Shown here: positions 58,771-64,000 of the stretch, piece by piece | How positions within the stretch are numbered: the first letter of the stretch is position 1 | Layout of the letters: each line of letters opens with the position of its first letter | From: Gemmatimonadota bacterium | Lineage (GTDB): Bacteria; Gemmatimonadota; Gemmatimonadetes; Gemmatimonadales; GWC2-71-9 | Length of the DNA: 64,000 bases | NCBI GenBank assembly: GCA_003169895.1 | Contig: PNAE01000004.1 | Location: 297,186 to 361,185 of the forward strand | Direction: 5' to 3' | The notes under the pieces: generated by a model | The model's input: only the letters and a program-made list of their open reading frames with translations | The model's database searches: none | What the model was told of the DNA's origin: nothing | Program-made: the position numbers and the translations under genes

Positions 58771-59929
58771 CGAGCGGCTGCGCCGCCTGGCTCCGGCCGT
58801 GGCGCTGCTGCTCGTGGCACTGCTCGCCGGCCTGAGTGTGGGCTCGAGCTGGCTCGTGGCGCGCCACCTGCGCAACCAGGCCCTGACCGCGTCGAGCCTC
58901 TATTCCGTTGCGTTCCGCGGCCTGGCCGATCCTGATCCGGGTGCGGCGAACAGCGCGCTCCTCGACGTCGGTGCCCGAGTCCGCAAGTTGGGACTGCCGT
59001 TGATCCTCACCGACGCCAAGGGCCAGGTCACTGACACGGCCAACATGCCGTTTGCCGCGCCGATGAACGATCCGCGAGTCCGGCAGTACATCGCGCGCCT
59101 GGACGCCGTCAACCCGCCGATCGTCGCGACTGGTGGGGTGAATGTCGTGCATTACGGATCGATTCCGCAGACCAGGATCCTTGCGGCACTCGCCATTCTG
59201 CAGGCGGTCACGATTCTGATCATGGTGACCGTCGCGGTGGTGGCCTACCGCAACGCGACGACGGCGCAGCGCGACCGGATGTGGGTCGCGATGGCGCGCG
59301 AGGCGGCCCATCAGATGGGCACGCCGCTGACCTCGCTCCAAGGCTGGATCGAACAATTGCGGGCCGCCGGCCTGCCGCCGCAAAAGGTCGCCGAGTTTCT
59401 CGATGCCGATGCGGAGCGATTGCAGCGGGTCGCGCAGCGATTCGAGCGGATCGGCAACCCGCCGCGCCGCGACCCGGTGGCGCTCGGGGCGCTCGCCGAA
59501 CGGGTCGCGGGCTACTACCGATCCCGACTCCCGAAACACGCCAACGCGATCCAGCTCGACGTGCGTGCGTCGAGTTCCGGGCCGGTCATTCTCGGCGACC
59601 CCGTGCTGCTGGAATGGGCGTTCGAAGCCATGGTCAAGAACGCGATCGACGCGCTGCAGGGCCGTGGTGGACACATCACGCTGGCGGTGGATGCGTCCGG
59701 CGACGTCGCATTGGTGCGCATCGTGGACGACGGGCCCGGTGTGCCGCGCGAGATTCGCCGGACGCTGTTCCAGCCAGGCGTTACGACCAAACGCGGCGGC
59801 TGGGGCATTGGCCTGGCACTGGCGCGGCGGGTCGTCGAGGATACGCATCAGGGCACGCTGTCTCTGGAGCCGACGCCACACGGGACGACGTTCCTGATGC
59901 GATTCCCGCTCGACACGGCCGTCGCGTGA
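58736..59929 (+). CDS. sensor histidine kinase (two TM helices, periplasmic loop, HisKA + HATPase_c)
   Basis: H-box AREAAHQMGTPLTSL, N-box VKNAIDAL, G1 DDGPGVP and G2 GWGIGLALA. The start is uncertain; ATG 58736 overlaps the serS end. Confidence 0.8.
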   Translation: MSGPIASSRARSERLRRLAPAVALLLVALLAGLSVGSSWLVARHLRNQALTASSLYSVAFRGLADPDPGAANSALLDVGARVRKLGLPLILTDAKGQVTDTANMPFAAPMNDPRVRQYIARLDAVNPPIVATGGVNVVHYGSIPQTRILAALAILQAVTILIMVTVAVVAYRNATTAQRDRMWVAMAREAAHQMGTPLTSLQGWIEQLRAAGLPPQKVAEFLDADAERLQRVAQRFERIGNPPRRDPVALGALAERVAGYYRSRLPKHANAIQLDVRASSSGPVILGDPVLLEWAFEAMVKNAIDALQGRGGHITLAVDASGDVALVRIVDDGPGVPREIRRTLFQPGVTTKRGGWGIGLALARRVVEDTHQGTLSLEPTPHGTTFLMRFPLDTAVA

Positions 59930-62238
59930 GCGCGACCGTGGACTCGCTCCGCGGTCTGAATCCCGCTCAGCGCGAGGCTGCGGAACATGTGCACGGGCCA
60001 ATCCTGGTCGTCGCCGGCGCGGGTTCGGGCAAGACTCGCGTGCTCACGGCACGCATCGCGCACTTGATCGATGCGCACGGCGTGCCGCCGCAGCGCATCT
60101 TCGCGGTCACCTTCACCAACAAGGCCGCCGGCGAGATGAAGCACCGCGTGGGTGAGCTGTTGTCACGCGACCCGGGTGGCCTGTGGATCGGTACCTTTCA
60201 CTCGCTGTCGGCCCGCCTGCTCCGGCGCGAGGCCGACCGCCTCGGTTTTTCGCGCCAGTTCACCATCTATGACGAAGATGACCGTCTGTCCCTGATCCGG
60301 CGCATCATGGATGAACGCGATCATCCGGTGAAGCTCTTTCCGCCGAAGCTGATCCAGAATCTGATTTCCTCGGCCAAGAACCGGATGCAGACGGCGGCCG
60401 AGCTTGAGGCGACCGGACCGCAGGACGCCGCCGTGCGGGTTGCCGCGGACGTCTACGTGGCGATGCAGCGCGCCTTGCTCACCGCGAATGCGATGGATTT
60501 TGATGATCTCATGCTGCATCCACTCGCGCTGTTCCGTCACCATCCCGACGCGCTGGAGCGCTGGCGCGGCCGCTTCGACTTCCTCCTGGTCGACGAATTT
60601 CAGGACACCAATCGGGCGCAATACGAACTGGTCAAGTTCCTGGGGCTTGGCCATCGCAATGTCTTCGGCGTCGGCGACGAGGATCAGAGCATCTACGGCT
60701 GGCGCGGGGCCGACCTGCGCAACCTGCGCGACCTGCAGAGCGACTTTGGCGACGCCCGGGTCGTCAAGCTCGAAGAGAACTATCGCTCGACCCGGCCGAT
60801 TCTCGACGCCGCCAATGCGGTGATCACCAACAACGCGGGCCGGATCGTCAAGACACTGCGCACCCATCGCCCGGGCGGCGAGTCGATCATCGTTGTCGCC
60901 GCGGCCGACGAACGCGACGAGGCAGAATGGATCGCCCGCGAGCTCGGCCGGCGCGTCACCGACGGCGCGGCCCATGCTGAATGCGCGATCCTCTACCGCA
61001 CCAACGCCCAGTCCCGCGCGCTCGAAGAGGCCATGCGCCGCGCCGGCCTGCCATACCAGATCGTCGGGGCGATCTCGTTCTACGATCGCCGCGAGGTGAA
61101 GGACGTGCTGGCGTACCTGCGACTCGTTGTGAACCCCAGCGATGACGAGGCGTTCATCCGTGCGGTCGCTGTACCGCGTCGCGGCATTGGTGACATGGCG
61201 CTGGCCATGCTGGCCGAGCAGGCGCGCGAATGGCGCGTGCCGCTGCTGGCTGCCGCAGCGCGCGCCGACACGATCGCCACGCTGCGCCCCAACCTCAAGA
61301 CCGCGTTCACGGCGTTCGCCGAGCTGATCGCCGGCCTGCGTCGCCGCGCCGGCGAATCCGCGCCGGTGGTGGTGATGGAGGAGGTGGTGCAGGCGATACA
61401 ATTCGAGACGGTGCTCGCCGCCGAGGGCAGCGAAGGCATCGAGCGCTGGGAGAATGTCCGCGAGCTCATGGCCGCTGCCGCCGAGTGGTCGGAGATTGTC
61501 ACCGACGAAGAGGATCCCGGCACCCCGTTGCAACGCTTCCTCGCCGAGGCCGCGTTGCTGTCGGCGGTCGATACCAGCAAAGGGAAGCCGGACGGAGTCA
61601 CGCTGATGACGCTGCATACGGCCAAGGGGCTCGAATGGCCGGTTGTGGTGATCTCGGGAATGGAGGAAGGCCTGTTCCCCTCGTCGCGAGCGTTGGAACT
61701 CCCCGAGGGACTCGAGGAGGAGCGCCGACTCTGTTACGTGGGCATCACTCGCGCAAAGGACGCGCTGGTACTCACGTGGGCGCGGGCGCGACGACGCGGT
61801 GGTGAGCTGCGCCCCGGCATTCCCTCGCGGTTCCTTCGTGAACTGCCGCCCGAACTGATCGACGAACGTCGCACGTCGTTCGCGGTCGGCGCGATCGGCG
61901 GCTGGACGGGTCAGCGCGGCTGGTCCGGCGGCCGAGAAGGGAGCGGGCTTGGCCGGGGTGCGGGCTCTCCGTACCGCAGTATGCCGCCCCCGCGCGATGG
62001 CGCCGGCGTATTCGCGCCGGCGCCGCACCTGGATGCGGCGATGGAGAATCAGGATGCGCCGCGCCTCGTCAAAGGCGAGCGAGTGCGCCACCGCCGGTTC
62101 GGATCCGGGGCGGTCCTGGGGCTCAGCGGCGTCGGCAAGGAGCTCAAGGTGTCCGTGGCGTTCGACGACCCCGAGATCGGCACCAAGCAACTGCTCGTGG
62201 CCTTCGCCGGCCTGGAGCGCGAATGGGAGAGCGCATGA
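59926..62238 (+). CDS. uvrD: ATP-dependent DNA helicase UvrD/PcrA
   Basis: LNPAQREAAEHVHGPILVVAGAGSGKTRVLT, LLVDEFQDTN, YRSTRPIL and LMTLHTAKGLEWPVV. GTG 59926 overlaps the kinase stop (GTGA). Confidence 0.9.
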   Translation: MSATVDSLRGLNPAQREAAEHVHGPILVVAGAGSGKTRVLTARIAHLIDAHGVPPQRIFAVTFTNKAAGEMKHRVGELLSRDPGGLWIGTFHSLSARLLRREADRLGFSRQFTIYDEDDRLSLIRRIMDERDHPVKLFPPKLIQNLISSAKNRMQTAAELEATGPQDAAVRVAADVYVAMQRALLTANAMDFDDLMLHPLALFRHHPDALERWRGRFDFLLVDEFQDTNRAQYELVKFLGLGHRNVFGVGDEDQSIYGWRGADLRNLRDLQSDFGDARVVKLEENYRSTRPILDAANAVITNNAGRIVKTLRTHRPGGESIIVVAAADERDEAEWIARELGRRVTDGAAHAECAILYRTNAQSRALEEAMRRAGLPYQIVGAISFYDRREVKDVLAYLRLVVNPSDDEAFIRAVAVPRRGIGDMALAMLAEQAREWRVPLLAAAARADTIATLRPNLKTAFTAFAELIAGLRRRAGESAPVVVMEEVVQAIQFETVLAAEGSEGIERWENVRELMAAAAEWSEIVTDEEDPGTPLQRFLAEAALLSAVDTSKGKPDGVTLMTLHTAKGLEWPVVVISGMEEGLFPSSRALELPEGLEEERRLCYVGITRAKDALVLTWARARRRGGELRPGIPSRFLRELPPELIDERRTSFAVGAIGGWTGQRGWSGGREGSGLGRGAGSPYRSMPPPRDGAGVFAPAPHLDAAMENQDAPRLVKGERVRHRRFGSGAVLGLSGVGKELKVSVAFDDPEIGTKQLLVAFAGLEREWESA

Positions 62239-62534
62239 GGATCGGAGCGGATGAAGTGCGTCATGTCGCGCAGCTGGCCGAACTGGCGATCGCCGACGGC
62301 GATGTCCCACTGTTGGCCGCTCAGCTGGAAGGCATCGTCAACTTCGTGGCGCAACTCGATGAGGTCGCCGTGGCCGGCGCGTCGGGCGCGGTGGTCGTCG
62401 GGCCGAGCCAGCTGCGGTTGCGCGAGGATCGGGTCGATCCGATTCGCATGGAGCGACCGCCGGCCCAGTTCGCTCCGGCGTTTCAGCAGGGGTTCTTCGT
62501 CGTGCCGAAGCTCGGCGGCCTGGCCGAGGCATGA
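62235..62534 (+). CDS. gatC: Asp-tRNA(Asn)/Glu-tRNA(Gln) amidotransferase subunit C
   Basis: MRIGADEVRHVAQLAELAI...LEGIVNFVAQLDEV. ATGA overlap with uvrD. Confidence 0.9.
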   Translation: MRIGADEVRHVAQLAELAIADGDVPLLAAQLEGIVNFVAQLDEVAVAGASGAVVVGPSQLRLREDRVDPIRMERPPAQFAPAFQQGFFVVPKLGGLAEA

Positions 62535-63913
62535 GCGCCGCGTCACTGGCGCGCGAAACCGGCCGCCGCCTGGCCGCCTCCGCGTCGCTCAACGCGGCAC
62601 TGCACTGGTCGCAGGCGCTGCTCGATCGCGAGGCAGAGCGGCTGGATCAGGCGCTGCCGGGGTCACTGTCCGGGACGTCCGTTGCGCTGAAGGACAACCT
62701 CGTCACGATCGACCACCCGACCACCTGCGCTTCCCGTATCCTCGAGGGATACGTCTCGCCGTTCGAGGCCACCGCCGTCCAACGGCTGCGAGCTGCAGGG
62801 GCCCTCGTCGCCGCGAAGGCCAACATGGACGAGTTCGCCATGGGCTCCTCCACCGAGCACTCCGCGTTTGGCCGGGTGCTGCACCCGCTCGATCCCGATC
62901 GGGTGCCTGGTGGGTCGAGCGGCGGATCTGCCGCGCTGGTTGCCGCGGGTGTGACCACGACCGCCCTCGGTTCCGAAACCGGCGGGTCCGTCCGTCAGCC
63001 GGCATCGTTTTGCGGTGTCGTCGGTATCAAGCCGAGCTACGGGCGCGTCTCGCGCTTCGGCCTGGTCGCCTTCGGCTCGTCGCTCGATTGCATCTCGACG
63101 TTCGGGCGATCGACCAGCGACGCCGCGCAATTGCTCTGTGCCATCTCCGGCCATGACCCGCTTGACGCGACGACCCGCGCCGATCCGCCACTGGCAATGC
63201 CCCCCGTGCGCCAGGATCTCCGCGGCCTGGTCGTGGGCTTGCCGCGCGAGTACTTCCCGGCCGATCTGCATCCCGGGGTTCGAGCAGGGTGCGATCGCGC
63301 CATCGCCGCGCTCAAGCGACTCGGGGCGGAGGTGCGGGACGTGTCGTTGCCGCATACGCGGTTCGCCGTGCCGACGTACTACATCGTCAACCCGGCGGAA
63401 GCCGCCGCCAACCTGGCCCGATTCGACGGGGTCCGCTTCGGCCCGCGGCAGGTCGGACCTGAAGGCGATGTGCGGGCGCTGTACCAGGCGACGCGCGGCG
63501 TGGGCTTCGGCGCCGAGGTCCGCCGCCGGATCCTGGTCGGCACGTTCGTGCTGAGCGCCGGCTATAGTGACCAATACTATAGCCGCGCTCAGGCCGTGCG
63601 GCGGCTGATCATCCGTGACTTCGATGCGGTGTTCGAAGCCGGCGTCGACCTGCTGTTCACCCCCACGACGCCCACCCCCGCGTTCCGCGCCGGGGAGAAG
63701 ATCGCGGATCCGGTGCAGATGTACCTGGCCGACATTTTCGTCTGCCCGGCGTCGCTCGCCGGCCTGCCGGCGTTGTCGCTTCCCGTCGGTCGCGACCTTG
63801 GCCTGCCGGTCGGTGGGCAGCTGATGGCGGCCGATCGTGATGAAGCCACCATGATCGCCGCGGCCATCGCGCTGGAGAGCGCGCTGGATCCGATCGCCGA
63901 GGTGCGCGCATGA
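62531..63913 (+). CDS. gatA: Asp-tRNA(Asn)/Glu-tRNA(Gln) amidotransferase subunit A
   Basis: Amidase signature [14 protein letters not shown] and KDNL...TTCASRIL. Confidence 0.95.
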   Translation: MSAASLARETGRRLAASASLNAALHWSQALLDREAERLDQALPGSLSGTSVALKDNLVTIDHPTTCASRILEGYVSPFEATAVQRLRAAGALVAAKANMDEFAMGSSTEHSAFGRVLHPLDPDRVPGGSSGGSAALVAAGVTTTALGSETGGSVRQPASFCGVVGIKPSYGRVSRFGLVAFGSSLDCISTFGRSTSDAAQLLCAISGHDPLDATTRADPPLAMPPVRQDLRGLVVGLPREYFPADLHPGVRAGCDRAIAALKRLGAEVRDVSLPHTRFAVPTYYIVNPAEAAANLARFDGVRFGPRQVGPEGDVRALYQATRGVGFGAEVRRRILVGTFVLSAGYSDQYYSRAQAVRRLIIRDFDAVFEAGVDLLFTPTTPTPAFRAGEKIADPVQMYLADIFVCPASLAGLPALSLPVGRDLGLPVGGQLMAADRDEATMIAAAIALESALDPIAEVRA

Positions 63914-64000
63914 GTTGGCAGACCGTGATCGGCCTCGAGGTGCACGTCCAGCTCGCGACGCGAACCAAGATGTTCTGCGGCTGTCCGACCGGGTACGGCG
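63910..64000 (+). CDS. gatB: Asp-tRNA(Asn)/Glu-tRNA(Gln) amidotransferase subunit B (5' fragment, truncated by window end)
   Basis: My translation is [30 protein letters not shown], the canonical GatB N-terminus. ATGA overlap with gatA. Confidence 0.85.
   Translation, partial: MSWQTVIGLEVHVQLATRTKMFCGCPTGYG

Overview
This is a high-GC (about 65-70% by eye) bacterial chromosomal segment that is very densely coding. I call about 58 protein genes and two tRNA-Ser genes. I see no rRNA, CRISPR array, integrase, transposase, prophage or toxin-antitoxin content. Protein sequences (GroEL, a ~1060-aa BNR/sortilin-type exoprotein, a MoxR/Bat operon, BshA) look Gemmatimonadota-like, but that is an unverified guess.

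Gene order, left to right:
- UPF0182 membrane protein and a DJ-1/PfpI protein.
- A glycosidase trio: GH38 mannosidase, GH29 fucosidase and GH3-PA14 glucosidase.
- tRNA-Ser(CGA), an ABC-2 exporter, DUF1801, an M28 peptidase, DUF445 and a Na+/solute symporter.
- tRNA-Ser(GGA), msrB, the BNR/sortilin-like exoprotein and a methyltransferase.
- pyrR-pyrB-pyrC, a coiled-coil/zinc-ribbon protein, a CarboxypepD_reg protein and rpsT.
- A ~17 kb co-directional, start/stop-overlapping gene string: site-2 protease, scpAB, a pseudouridine synthase, moxR-DUF58-DUF4381-like-batA-batB/C-batD/E, then mutL, miaA, bshA, uppP, birA, coaX and a UbiA prenyltransferase.
- Two membrane proteins, an NlpC/P60 peptidase and a Met/His-rich exported protein.
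- groES-groEL, an M28 lipoprotein peptidase, a MATE transporter and a small secreted protein.
- An operon of roadblock/LC7, mannose-1-P guanylyltransferase, an LbH nucleotidyltransferase-like protein and an MBL hydrolase.
- A putative lipoprotein, serS, an orphan histidine kinase, uvrD/pcrA and gatCAB (gatB truncated by the window end).

My honest assessment is that this is mostly core housekeeping, and I could not identify a clear-cut novel multi-gene system. The observations most worth a second look are:
1. A two-copy family of intergenic palindromes whose arms are tandem heptamers, (GACGAGA)n...(TCTCGTC)n.
2. An exported protein next to groESL with a HH / H / HxH / M ligand pattern and a Met-rich motif, reminiscent of PHM/DBH-type copper monooxygenases.
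3. A divergent CIRCE-like operator upstream of groES whose differences from the consensus are compensatory.
4. A stack of three perfect hairpins at the groEL 3' end.
5. Fused or extended architectures in the Bat operon.

All start codons were refined by eye from the ORF track and remain uncertain by a few codons.
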